From: an uncultured Thermodesulfobacteriota bacterium
GTDB lineage: Bacteria > Desulfobacterota > DSWW01
Reading direction: 5' to 3'
Length of the DNA stretch: 64,000 nt
Assembly (NCBI GenBank): GCA_964479535.1
Contig: CAYZMM010000004.1
Location: 70,459 to 134,458 of the forward strand
Positions 35,503 through 44,597 of the stretch are shown here, piece by piece; position 1 is the stretch's first letter; the number at the start of each line of letters is the position of its first letter. The notes under the pieces were generated by a model, which had not been told where the DNA came from, searched no databases, and was given only the letters and a program-made list of their open reading frames with translations. Position numbers and translations under genes: made by a program.

Positions 35503-37359
35503 TTATCCTTCCGAAGGTAAATCTGCCAGCTCCTTCCTAACCTTCTCCGGCTCAATCAGGGCACCCAATCGCTCGAGAATCTTCACGGCATCGGCCAGGT
35601 ATTCGCGGGTCTTTTCCATGTTTCCTTGCATCTTGTAGAAGCGGCCCATAGACGCGTAGGCTAGGGCGAGTTCATTCTCGGCCTTGTTTTCCTTTGCCAG
35701 TTCCACACTTCTCTCAAAATGGGGAAGACCTTCTTCCGAACCGGTTGCCACGGCAATTTCTCCAAGCAGTCGGTAAGCCCATGGGAGGAACACGCGCCCG
35801 TTGCGGCGGGATTGCAGTTCAAGATGTACGTCAAGCATTTCCCTCGCTTTATCGTGCTCTTGTTCCGAACAGAACACTTCTCCTAGAATGGCGGTGGAGA
35901 AGAGTTCGGCCACTACGAATCGCGAGCTTCTGAACAGAGGGATAAGAGTCTCGATCACCTCCGGTTCTTTCCCTACATTGCCCGTTCGGCAACGGGCCCA
36001 GGCCAGGCATGTTATCGCCAGAGCCATGTCTCCCGGCGTGGAAGCCTTTTGCACCGCCAACTCGCCATATGCTATCGCTTGCTGGAGATCCCATTTGAAC
36101 GTGTGCGATACGCATAGTGTGAAGTAAGACCATGAGCTGTTGCTGTTATCCGCGTAGTTCTCAGCGATCCTGCATGCCTCTTCACCCAGCTTTTCCGCCT
36201 CACTCCACCGTCCGAGAAATGCGTTCGTCCATGTTGCTGCATTCAACGCCCACACCGAAGTACGGAGGTTGAACTGTTTGTCCATCTGGGCGAAGCACTT
36301 CTCCTTCAATGAGGACACCGCCTCCAGATCGCCCAACCACATATGATCCCATTCCATAATGCAGTACGCATACCCTGCATCTTCAGCATTTCCCGCCGAC
36401 TCACACAGTTCGGCCGCTTTACTCAGTGTAGATATGCCTTGCCGTGGGAGACCGAGAAAGCTTCCAGTACCCGGCATCCCTTAGCCAGAGGTGTCTTGAA
36501 CTCATAGACAACGCAACAGGCCTCGTTTCGCCGACACCTCCAAGGGGGTCCTTATCGGCCCTACGCCCTGAAGCTCGTATACACGCAGCGCCTCCGAGGT
36601 TCCCGCGATTTTCGACTCCCCCAGGTCCAGGAGTTGGAAAACCCCCTCCACGAGCCGCGCCGTGTGTTGGCTCAGATAGGCGTGGCCCGGCTCTGCGAGT
36701 TGCTCGACTCGCTGCGCTAAACCCACCGTCTGCCCCTGAGCCGTGTAGTCCATGCGCAGGTCATCTCCGATCCTCCCCACCACCACTTCCCCGGAATTCA
36801 GGCCGAGACGGGCCGAGAAGTTCAAGCCCCGCTGCAAGCGAAGCTCTTGCGCGTACTTTCTAAGTTGCTCACAGAGTGCCAGAGCCGAGTAGCAGGCCCT
36901 CTGCGCATGGTCTTCGTGCGCGATAGGCGCACCGAAGAGCGCCATGATCCCGTCACCCGTGTACTGGTTGATGGTCCCTTCGTAACGGTGGACCCCATCG
37001 GCCAGGATCTGGAAGAAACGATCAAGGATCCGGTGCCACTCCTCGGGGTCGACCTGTTCGGCCAACTCCATGGACCCTTTCACGTCGGCAAACAGCACCG
37101 TCACCTGCTTCCGTTCGCCTTCAAGTGCCGACTTGGTCTGGAGGATCTTGTCGGCGAGATATTTGGGGGTGTAGGACTGAGGCTGAGAGTAGTCGATCGA
37201 AGGGGCCTCCGCGGGCTTTCTGAGATCATGGCCGCATTTCTTGCAGAATTTGCCATCCGCGGGCGTCTCCGACCCGCATTTGGGGCAACGGTATTCGATG
37301 GGATTCCCGCAGTCGATGCAAAACTCAGCATCGTCAGGGTTCTGTTTGACAAAGCCCGT
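35503..37359 (-). pseudogene. Zn-ribbon - cyclase - [AAA domain deleted] - TPR paralog 4; no start codon ahead of the Zn-ribbon
   Basis: Cyclase ORF 36502..37104 and TPR ORF 35503..36477 lie in different frames with no P-loop region between them. The Zn-ribbon coding sequence (37105-37359) follows the acyl-CoA ligase TAG stop in frame, without any ATG/GTG/TTG. Confidence 0.65.
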
Positions 37360-38937
37360 CTACTCTCCTGACAGGGTTTTCGCTTTGAGGGTTCTCTTGT
37401 CTACCTTTCCTGTGGGATTGATGGGCATGGAGTCAAGGAATCGGATATCCCGGGGACGCTTGTAGTCGGCCAGTTTGTCCTGGGTGAAATCGTGGAGTTC
37501 TTCGGCTGTGACCTTCTCGCCCGGCTTCAGTGCCACGAAGGCCAGTACGTCTTCGCCGAGCTCCGGATGGGGCTTTGCAACCACCGCGCACTGTCCCACA
37601 GCCGGGTGTTCGTACAAAACACTCTCCACCTCCAAGGAGTAGACGTTGAATCCCCCGCGGACGATCATGTCCTTCTTGCGGTCTGTGAAGTAGAGGTAAC
37701 CCTCGTCATCGCTCCGTCCCATGTCTCCGGTGTAAAGCCAGCCGTCTCGTAGGGTCTGCGCGGTAGCTTCCGGGTTCTTGTAGTATTCCTTCATGACGTT
37801 CGGCCCACGGAGGACGATCTCTCCCACGTCTCCAGGGTCCAGGTTGTGTCCCTGGTCGTCCACGATCCGGAATTCCTGTTCCGGTGCCCACGGATGGCCC
37901 ACCGATCCAAGCTTGGTGTGTGTTTCAGCCGCATTCAGGGTTGTCCCACCGGTCCCCGCCTCTGTCAGGGCATAGGTCGTGTATACCTTGATACCCGGCC
38001 ACGCAGCGTGCACTCTCCGGATGACTTCCTCGGGCATGGCCGCAGCGCCCGAGATGAGCGACCGAAGGGAGGAGGTGTCGAACTCTCTGAATCGAGGGTG
38101 ATTCAAGAGGAAGACAAACATGGCGGGTGCACCGCCGTAGCTCGTGGGCCGTTCCTTCTCGATGGTCTCAAAGGTCTTCACCGGGTCGAAGGTTTCCTCG
38201 AGGATGAGTACCGGCGCGGAATAGAGCCACAACATCATGACCGAGCTGCAGCCGCTCGAGGTGAAAAAAGGGTAGCAATTCTGGGTGCGGGGCACTCCGT
38301 GATGAAGGCGTGACAAACCTAGGGAAGCGCCGATCAATCGGCCACAGGCAACCTTGTTCGCCTGGGTGAGTACAACCCCCTTCGGAAGGCCCGTGGTCCC
38401 GCTTGTGTACAATATGTCGGCTTCATCGTCCGGGCCGATGGAGACTGCCGGTGGAGAGCCCGAGGAAGCCATCCGCTTCGTGAACGATTCGACCCAGTCC
38501 GGCAGTTCCTGTCCCTCCTTTTCGATTCCCACATAGCCCTTGATGTTCAGCCGCTCCCGTATCTGATCGACCAGGGGAAGGAAGTCGTGCCCTCCGATCA
38601 TCCAGTCCGCGTCCGAGTGCTCCACGATGTACTCCACTTCCCGCGGGACCAGCCGGACGTTGATCGGGACGAACACGGCACCCAGCTTGTGGATCGCGAG
38701 GTACGTGTAGTAGCACTCGACGCTGTTGGTGAGCATGAACGCGACCTTCTCACCCTTCTTCACACCCAGGTCTGAAAGTCCGGCCGCGAGCCGTGTCGAC
38801 TGCTCGTCCATCTCCCCCCAGGTGTGACGAAGCCACTCCCTGGTCCGGTACGAGAAGGAAACAAAGGCCTCCCGGTCCGGGAAGTCGTCCACGTTTCGCT
38901 CCAGCAATTCGCGAATGGTCTCCGGTGCTCGCCACAT
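37360..38937 (-). CDS. acyl-CoA synthetase (AMP-binding enzyme, medium-chain/aryl type)
   Basis: 525 aa with the YTSGTTGLPKG adenylation motif. It ends on a TAG stop. Confidence 0.8.
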   Translation of the reverse strand: MWRAPETIRELLERNVDDFPDREAFVSFSYRTREWLRHTWGEMDEQSTRLAAGLSDLGVKKGEKVAFMLTNSVECYYTYLAIHKLGAVFVPINVRLVPREVEYIVEHSDADWMIGGHDFLPLVDQIRERLNIKGYVGIEKEGQELPDWVESFTKRMASSGSPPAVSIGPDDEADILYTSGTTGLPKGVVLTQANKVACGRLIGASLGLSRLHHGVPRTQNCYPFFTSSGCSSVMMLWLYSAPVLILEETFDPVKTFETIEKERPTSYGGAPAMFVFLLNHPRFREFDTSSLRSLISGAAAMPEEVIRRVHAAWPGIKVYTTYALTEAGTGGTTLNAAETHTKLGSVGHPWAPEQEFRIVDDQGHNLDPGDVGEIVLRGPNVMKEYYKNPEATAQTLRDGWLYTGDMGRSDDEGYLYFTDRKKDMIVRGGFNVYSLEVESVLYEHPAVGQCAVVAKPHPELGEDVLAFVALKPGEKVTAEELHDFTQDKLADYKRPRDIRFLDSMPINPTGKVDKRTLKAKTLSGE

Positions 38938-38967
38938 AGTGCTCCCCCATTTCTCGGTGATGAAACC

Positions 38968-39236
38968 GTTCTAAAACATAGAAAATAGAGATAAGAGTGT
39001 CAATGATTTCTTTGTGTTCGGAAAGGTGTGGGCGCCGTGAAGGGGGATGGCAGCACATGTCAATCGAGTGGGCTTTTGGATAGTTCCTTTTTGCTCGTAA
39101 AGAAAATATACGAACCGTCGGCAGTTGCAGGCTCCTCCGCATTCTTCTAAAAGCTATACACTTTGGGGGTTTATGTTTGGCCTGATGGGATGGCACGTCC
39201 GTTGCTCTACCCTCTGATCAAACAAGAAACCCAAAC
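38968..39236. repeat. divergent-promoter module, copy B (homolog of 31176..31365)
   Basis: On the minus strand it gives TTGACA-17-TATGTT upstream of the acyl-CoA synthetase. On the plus strand it gives the sigma54 element. Confidence 0.6.
39191..39206 (+). promoter_or_regulatory. sigma54 -24/-12 promoter, TGGCACG-N4-TTGCT, oriented toward the small ORF and the PAS kinase
   Basis: The core is identical to the element at 31326-31341. Confidence 0.5.
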
Positions 39237-39271
39237 ACGGAGGACAGCATGAGAGAAGGGAGGGTGTCACA

Positions 39272-39478
39272 ATGAAAGCGAGTAGAAACACCATCCGACT
39301 CCGAGGGCCGGCTGATGTTTCGTCGCCCTGGGAAGAGGTGAAGGAGTGGGCGAGAAGGAACGTCACGAACGATAGGGTTGCTGAGGTCAGCCTGTCACTG
39401 GCGGCCGCTGCTTCGCTATGCTATCTGGGAGCCAGGATCTTCGTGGGTGTGCAGAACTACGTGATGTATGCCTATTAG
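39272..39478 (+). CDS. hypothetical small protein (68 aa) with a C-terminal hydrophobic segment
   Basis: A GGGAGGG RBS sits 8 nt before the ATG. It lies about 55 nt downstream of the sigma54 element. Confidence 0.35.
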   Translation: MKASRNTIRLRGPADVSSPWEEVKEWARRNVTNDRVAEVSLSLAAAASLCYLGARIFVGVQNYVMYAY

Positions 39479-39501
39479 GCGGGTTACGTCTGAGCTGAGG
39501 G

Positions 39502-39521
39502 ATTCCCGCCTACGCGGGAAT
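39502..39521 (+). terminator. stem-loop ATTCCCGC-ctac-GCGGGAAT downstream of the small ORF
   Basis: An 8-bp perfect stem with no T-tract, so a classic intrinsic terminator is doubtful. Confidence 0.2.
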
Positions 39522-39736
39522 GACTGAGAAGTGAGCGAATGAACCGCACCTCCAAGCCACCCCTGGATTCCGGCGAGTGCGGTAATGGCGGGTCCTGCTA
39601 TGATGTGCAAGAATAGACGGCCCCTCAAAACCGAAGGCTTCACGCTCACTCCTTCACTTCGGCTCTCCCCCAAAAAGCTTCTCCCAAATGTAGAATCCAT
39701 TGTTCTCCCCCCTGCAATTGCAGAAAATCTATTTCC

Positions 39737-39764
39737 TTGACAAGATAATTTTAATTTATATAAA
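39737..39764 (+). promoter_or_regulatory. sigma70-like promoter (TTGACA-16-TATAAA) with a 12-bp perfect palindrome CTGCAATTGCAG at 39712-39723 just upstream
   Basis: An AT-rich tract sits ahead of the kinase gene. Confidence 0.35.
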
Positions 39765-39883
39765 GTTTATTTGCCGCAGAGGTCCTGTGCCCCCAAGGAC
39801 TACTCGCCCTTACGTTGCTCTCTCTGGTGCTCATCCTGCCCCGGAGGGGGACACTGTTTCGCCTTTTGGAGCGAGAAGCTGAC

Positions 39884-42649
39884 ATGAAAGAAACGGACTG
39901 GACGAGAGAACAGCTCATGGAAGAATTGCATCGTCTCCGGAACCGTGTTTCAGAGTTAGAGCAGATTGGAATCCAATCAAAACGAGATCAAGAAGATCTT
40001 CGCGAGAGCGAAGAGCGATTTCGTGCGATTTTTGAGGGTTCCCTCGACTCGATACTCCTTGCGGATCCTGAAACGGGTGAAATCCTTGATGCAAATCCAG
40101 CATCAGAACAGCTGCTCATGATGTCCCGAGAAGAAATCATCGGCCTTCACCAGACTCAGGTACACCCAATTCGTTTGAGAGAGACTGCAAAAGCTGCTTT
40201 CTTGCGAATTGCCTACGAAGCGGATCATCAGGTTCCAGCTGAGACCGTCTTACAGCGTTCGGACGGTAAAGAGCAGTCCGTCGAAATCCTGTCACAGGTG
40301 ATTCAAGTAGACGGTAAGCCTGTCATGTACGGCGTCTTTCGTGACATCAGTGCCCGGAAGCGAGATGAACGGGTCATAGCTGAGTCACGGGAACTACTTA
40401 GAAAGGTATTCATAAGCCAGTTGGATGCCATTTTCGTGCTCAATTCAGACAATCCCCCGAAAATCCTGGACTGCAATCCAGCAGCTACAAAGATCTTTGG
40501 ATATAGCCGTGAGGAAATGCTGGGGCGCACTGCAGACTTCGTTCACGTTACGGAAGGAACCCTTAGAGAATTCCAACACCTTGTGCACCTCGCAATATCG
40601 GAAAAGGGTTTCTTACATCTGCCTGAATTCAAAATGAGGAGAAAGGATGGAACGATCTTTATCAGTGAGCACAGCTTGGTTCCCCTGCTGGACGGACAAA
40701 ACGACCGGATTGGCTGGGTCAGCCATGTACGGGATATCACCGAAAGGAAGCAAAGTGAGGAGGCGCTGCGACGTAGTCAGCAGAGGTTTCGCGCAATCTT
40801 CGACCAAACGTATGAACTCATCGGACTGATGAGCACGGATGGGATTCTCATCGAGGCAAACAGAACGGCCCTCGACTTTGCAGGACTCCACGAATCAGAC
40901 GTAGTGGGAAAACCCTTTTGGGAGACCGCGTGGTGGACCCACTCGGCTGAATTACAGCAACGACTGCAAGACGCCGTGTCGAAAGCCGCCGCAGGACAGT
41001 TCGTTCGCTTTGAAGCGTGTCATCCAGACCGGAATGGTGAGATTCATTTGGTTGATTTTTCCCTAAAGCCAGTGAAGGATCGAGAGGGAAATGTCATCCT
41101 TCTGATTCCCGAAGGTCGAGACATAACGGATCGTGTACGAGCCGAGGAAGCCCTGCGGCATTCCGAGAGACGGTATAGAACCGTCGTTGAACATGCGCGG
41201 GACTTGATCTATACAGTTTCTACGGACACCCGGATTACCTCCTTGAGCCCTGCATTCCAGACTGCTACCGGTTGGCACATGCGTGAATGGATTGGTAAGT
41301 CCATAAAAGAGATCGTTCATCCAGATGACTGGCCATTGGCCCTCGAGATGGGAATGCGTTCCTTGAATGGGGAGAAACCGCCGATCCATGAGCTGCGCAT
41401 AAGGACAAAATCTTCCGAATACATTACGATGGAATTCAGTATCGCAGGTCATATGGAGCATGAAGGGTTGAGTGGTATCATCGGTATCGGACGGGATATT
41501 ACGGAACGGAAGCTCATGCAACAAGAGCTCCAGAAAGCACAGAGGCTCGAGTCACTGGGGACTCTTGCAGGCGGTATCGCTCATGATTTCAACAACATTC
41601 TGACACCCATTCTTGCAAACATATCGATTGCGAAGACCTTCGGAAACCTGGATGACGATATTGCAGAAGCCCTGGCAGATGCAGAAAAGGGTTGCCTTCG
41701 GGCGCAGGGCTTGACGCAGCAGTTACTTGCGTTCTCAAAAGGCGGCCTCCCGATAAAGGAATTGGCCTCAATTTCTCGTCTGTTGATCGAAGAAGCCCGA
41801 TTTGCTTCGAGTGGCTCGAATGTAAGATGGGAGTACTCCATACCGGCAGATCTTTGGCAGGTGGAAATAGACCCGGCCCAGATAGGACAGGTTATTCGGA
41901 ATCTCATCATAAATGCAGATCAATCGATGCCCGAAGGAGGAACGGCCAGAATCGAAGCCGCAAATGTAACGTTGGGGTCGGATACAAACATATCCCTGGA
42001 GGAAGAGAAGTTCGTGAGGATCGTTATTTCGGATAATGGAGTGGGTATACCACCAGATCATTTGCCAAAAATATTCGATCCATTCTATTCGACGAAAGAC
42101 AAGGGGAGCGGCCTCGGGCTCTCGATCTCGCATATGATTATAGAACGACATCACGGATCGATTGATGTTCAATCTGAAATGGGAAAAGGGACCACTTTTA
42201 GCATCTACTTGCCTGCATCGGAAAAGGATGCAGCTGCAGATGATGAAAAACGTACCGAGACGTTGAAGGGTAAAGGTCGCATACTCGTGATAGATGATGA
42301 CAGAGCAGTTCGAAGATCCGTTGAGGAGATGTTGAGACGTTTGGGATATGATGTCGAGTCTGCAAAAGACGAGCACGAAGGATTGAGACTCTATCGAGGT
42401 GCCAGGGAATCGGGCCGGCCTTTTTCCACCGTCATCATCGATTTGACTATTCCGGGGGGGATGGGAACACGGGAAGCAATTAACAGACTGAAGGAGGTGG
42501 AACCTGGGGCGAGGCTAATTGTCTCCAGCGGCTATTCTGATGATCCGGTAATGGCTGAGTTCAGACAGCACGGTTTCGAGGCTGCCCTGAAGAAACCCTA
42601 TTCCATTCAAGAACTTGCCGAGATCGTCTACAAGGTTGTGATGAGATAG
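39884..42649 (+). CDS. multi-PAS hybrid sensor histidine kinase (PAS x about 5, HisKA, HATPase_c, C-terminal receiver)
   Basis: It shows an H-box (IAHDFNNILTPI), N/G1/G2 boxes and a receiver domain with D at IIDLTIPGGMG. Its GC content is visibly lower than in neighbouring genes. The alternative start is at 39815. Confidence 0.85.
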   Translation: MKETDWTREQLMEELHRLRNRVSELEQIGIQSKRDQEDLRESEERFRAIFEGSLDSILLADPETGEILDANPASEQLLMMSREEIIGLHQTQVHPIRLRETAKAAFLRIAYEADHQVPAETVLQRSDGKEQSVEILSQVIQVDGKPVMYGVFRDISARKRDERVIAESRELLRKVFISQLDAIFVLNSDNPPKILDCNPAATKIFGYSREEMLGRTADFVHVTEGTLREFQHLVHLAISEKGFLHLPEFKMRRKDGTIFISEHSLVPLLDGQNDRIGWVSHVRDITERKQSEEALRRSQQRFRAIFDQTYELIGLMSTDGILIEANRTALDFAGLHESDVVGKPFWETAWWTHSAELQQRLQDAVSKAAAGQFVRFEACHPDRNGEIHLVDFSLKPVKDREGNVILLIPEGRDITDRVRAEEALRHSERRYRTVVEHARDLIYTVSTDTRITSLSPAFQTATGWHMREWIGKSIKEIVHPDDWPLALEMGMRSLNGEKPPIHELRIRTKSSEYITMEFSIAGHMEHEGLSGIIGIGRDITERKLMQQELQKAQRLESLGTLAGGIAHDFNNILTPILANISIAKTFGNLDDDIAEALADAEKGCLRAQGLTQQLLAFSKGGLPIKELASISRLLIEEARFASSGSNVRWEYSIPADLWQVEIDPAQIGQVIRNLIINADQSMPEGGTARIEAANVTLGSDTNISLEEEKFVRIVISDNGVGIPPDHLPKIFDPFYSTKDKGSGLGLSISHMIIERHHGSIDVQSEMGKGTTFSIYLPASEKDAAADDEKRTETLKGKGRILVIDDDRAVRRSVEEMLRRLGYDVESAKDEHEGLRLYRGARESGRPFSTVIIDLTIPGGMGTREAINRLKEVEPGARLIVSSGYSDDPVMAEFRQHGFEAALKKPYSIQELAEIVYKVVMR

Positions 42650-42834
42650 GATAACCGACTTATCCCTGGACTCGGCGGTTGAGAAATCTCGTTGCCGCAC
42701 CCCCGGTGCAACTTCGTGAAATGGCTCCTTCCCTTCCTGTTTCTCTTTCCGGGCTCAATGGGGTGCCGGGTGGATCGGTTGCATTCGGCGGCTTCGGTCC
42801 TCTTGCCTGGCCGATGATGGGCGCGGGGCGCTGC

Positions 42835-43548
42835 TCAGGAGGATCTTCCGGCCGACGACTGTGAGATCTCCAGGCCCACCAGCCGTGCGACGAGCACCAC
42901 GAGATAGATCTGGCCGATGATCGCTTCCAGGACGGAAAGGTTCTTCGCGACCGCCGTCCCTCCTGTGAGGTCACCGTACCCGAGGGTGGTCAGGGTGGTG
43001 AAGCTGAAGTAGAGGGCCTGGCCGGCGCCGGTTCCGTAGAAGGCCCTCGGGTCTCCCTCCGGGATGACCTCGCCGCCCGCGAGGAATGCCCCCGGATCGA
43101 GGAACTCCAGCAGGGAATAGAGGGTCGCGAAGATCACCCCGAGAAGGAGGTACGAACAGAGGGCGGCGCAGATCGTGTCGAAGGTCACCCGCTTCGCCTT
43201 GAGCACGTAGGAGAGGATGGTGCCTCCGATGTAGAGGAAGAAGAGGATGGCAAGGATGTGTCGCGCCTCGGCATAGGAGGCGGCCGGGTCGAAGTGGTCG
43301 AGCCAGATCAAGGCCACCGCAGGCACCAGGAGCGCAAGTGCGGTCAAGAGAGAGGACAGCTTCCCGCTCCCCGAGTAAGCGCCCACGATCAACATGGCGG
43401 TGGCCAGAAGATCATAGAGGGTGAAGCCCCGATCATCCGATCCCAGGAAGGGGCCCAAGAAGATGAAGACCATCAGGAAGACCAACAGAAAGAAGAAGCG
43501 CCTTTCTCTCGAAAACACCCAGTTCTTCACGATCGATCCGAACGGCAT
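42835..43548 (-). CDS. potassium channel family protein (pore-loop TTLGYGD)
   Basis: It contains the selectivity-filter sequence TLGYGD, flanked by TM helices. Confidence 0.7.
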   Translation of the reverse strand: MPFGSIVKNWVFSRERRFFFLLVFLMVFIFLGPFLGSDDRGFTLYDLLATAMLIVGAYSGSGKLSSLLTALALLVPAVALIWLDHFDPAASYAEARHILAILFFLYIGGTILSYVLKAKRVTFDTICAALCSYLLLGVIFATLYSLLEFLDPGAFLAGGEVIPEGDPRAFYGTGAGQALYFSFTTLTTLGYGDLTGGTAVAKNLSVLEAIIGQIYLVVLVARLVGLEISQSSAGRSS

Positions 43549-43700
43549 GGGTCGCCCCCGGGGAAGTTTCGTACAGAACTGTTAGCGAAACCGGCCGGAA
43601 ATGGCAAGTCCTTTCCGGTTCGGAATCGGTTTGACCCTGCAAGCCCCGGGTTTCTATACTCGTCCCGTGGTCGCGCGAGGCAGTACCGCAGGATCCTTCC

Positions 43701-44597
43701 GTGGAAGGCACAGCTGTCCGGATTGACGACGATCCGCTTTCGGTCGCAGGGGAAATGAAACGCACAGAAGGCAACCCACGCATCGGGATACCGGCCTACT
43801 TCACCTCTCACGCCTGGGTGGAGGCACGATTCGAAAAAGCGGGCCTTTTCGATACGAGAAAGGGCCGGTTCCTGTTCAGGGCCCTGGGGCCGTTCTTCCG
43901 CGGCCTCGGATTTCTGGGCCCTGCGGTCCGGTTTCACAACGAGTACCTGTTCGTCCGTCACTACGCTGTGGAGGCGAGGCTGCGGGCGATTCGGCCTACC
44001 AGCATCGTCGAGATCGGGTCCGGACTTTCACCCCGGGGGGTCGCCTTCGCCTCGGCGGATCCGGATCTCCGGTACATCGAGGTGGACCTTCCAAACATGG
44101 TGGCGGCCAAGAGGAAGGCGCTGCATGGCTTACAGTGTCCCCGGAACTACTTCCTCGGCGCGGCGGACCTCTTGGCCGAGGATTTCCTGGAAGCCCTGCC
44201 CGAGGCACCCAGGCCGGGGGACCGCCTGGCCGTCGTCACCGAAGGGGTCACCGACTATTTCAACATGCCGGAGAAGCGCAAAGCCTTCCGGAACATCCGC
44301 TCCCTGCTGGAAGCACACGGGGGCGGCCGCTATCTCCTGGACATCTATGCCCGCGAGCACTTCCCTCGTCCCGCCTGGCTCACGAACGCGTTTGTCCTTA
44401 CCTTGGGTCGCCTGGTGGGTCGCTCCTTTGACGATCAGCTCTTCGACCGGGTGGACGATGCCTGCCGGTTTCTGACCGGCTGCGGCTTCGACGAGGCCGG
44501 CGAACTGGACCTCGCGGAGCTGAACACCTCGGCCTACCAGCCGCCCCTCGCGGACTGCACCTGCCGGATCGTGGAGGCGACGGTCCCTCACTTGTAG
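43701..44597 (+). CDS. class I SAM-dependent methyltransferase (LCM/TcmP-like)
   Basis: A VEIGSGLSPRG motif I is present. The start is uncertain, either 43701 or 43755. Confidence 0.55.
   Translation: MEGTAVRIDDDPLSVAGEMKRTEGNPRIGIPAYFTSHAWVEARFEKAGLFDTRKGRFLFRALGPFFRGLGFLGPAVRFHNEYLFVRHYAVEARLRAIRPTSIVEIGSGLSPRGVAFASADPDLRYIEVDLPNMVAAKRKALHGLQCPRNYFLGAADLLAEDFLEALPEAPRPGDRLAVVTEGVTDYFNMPEKRKAFRNIRSLLEAHGGGRYLLDIYAREHFPRPAWLTNAFVLTLGRLVGRSFDDQLFDRVDDACRFLTGCGFDEAGELDLAELNTSAYQPPLADCTCRIVEATVPHL

Noticed and set aside
39502-39521. Intrinsic terminator after the small ORF.
   Set aside because: A good 8-bp GC stem is present but has no downstream U-tract, so it is kept only as a low-confidence feature.
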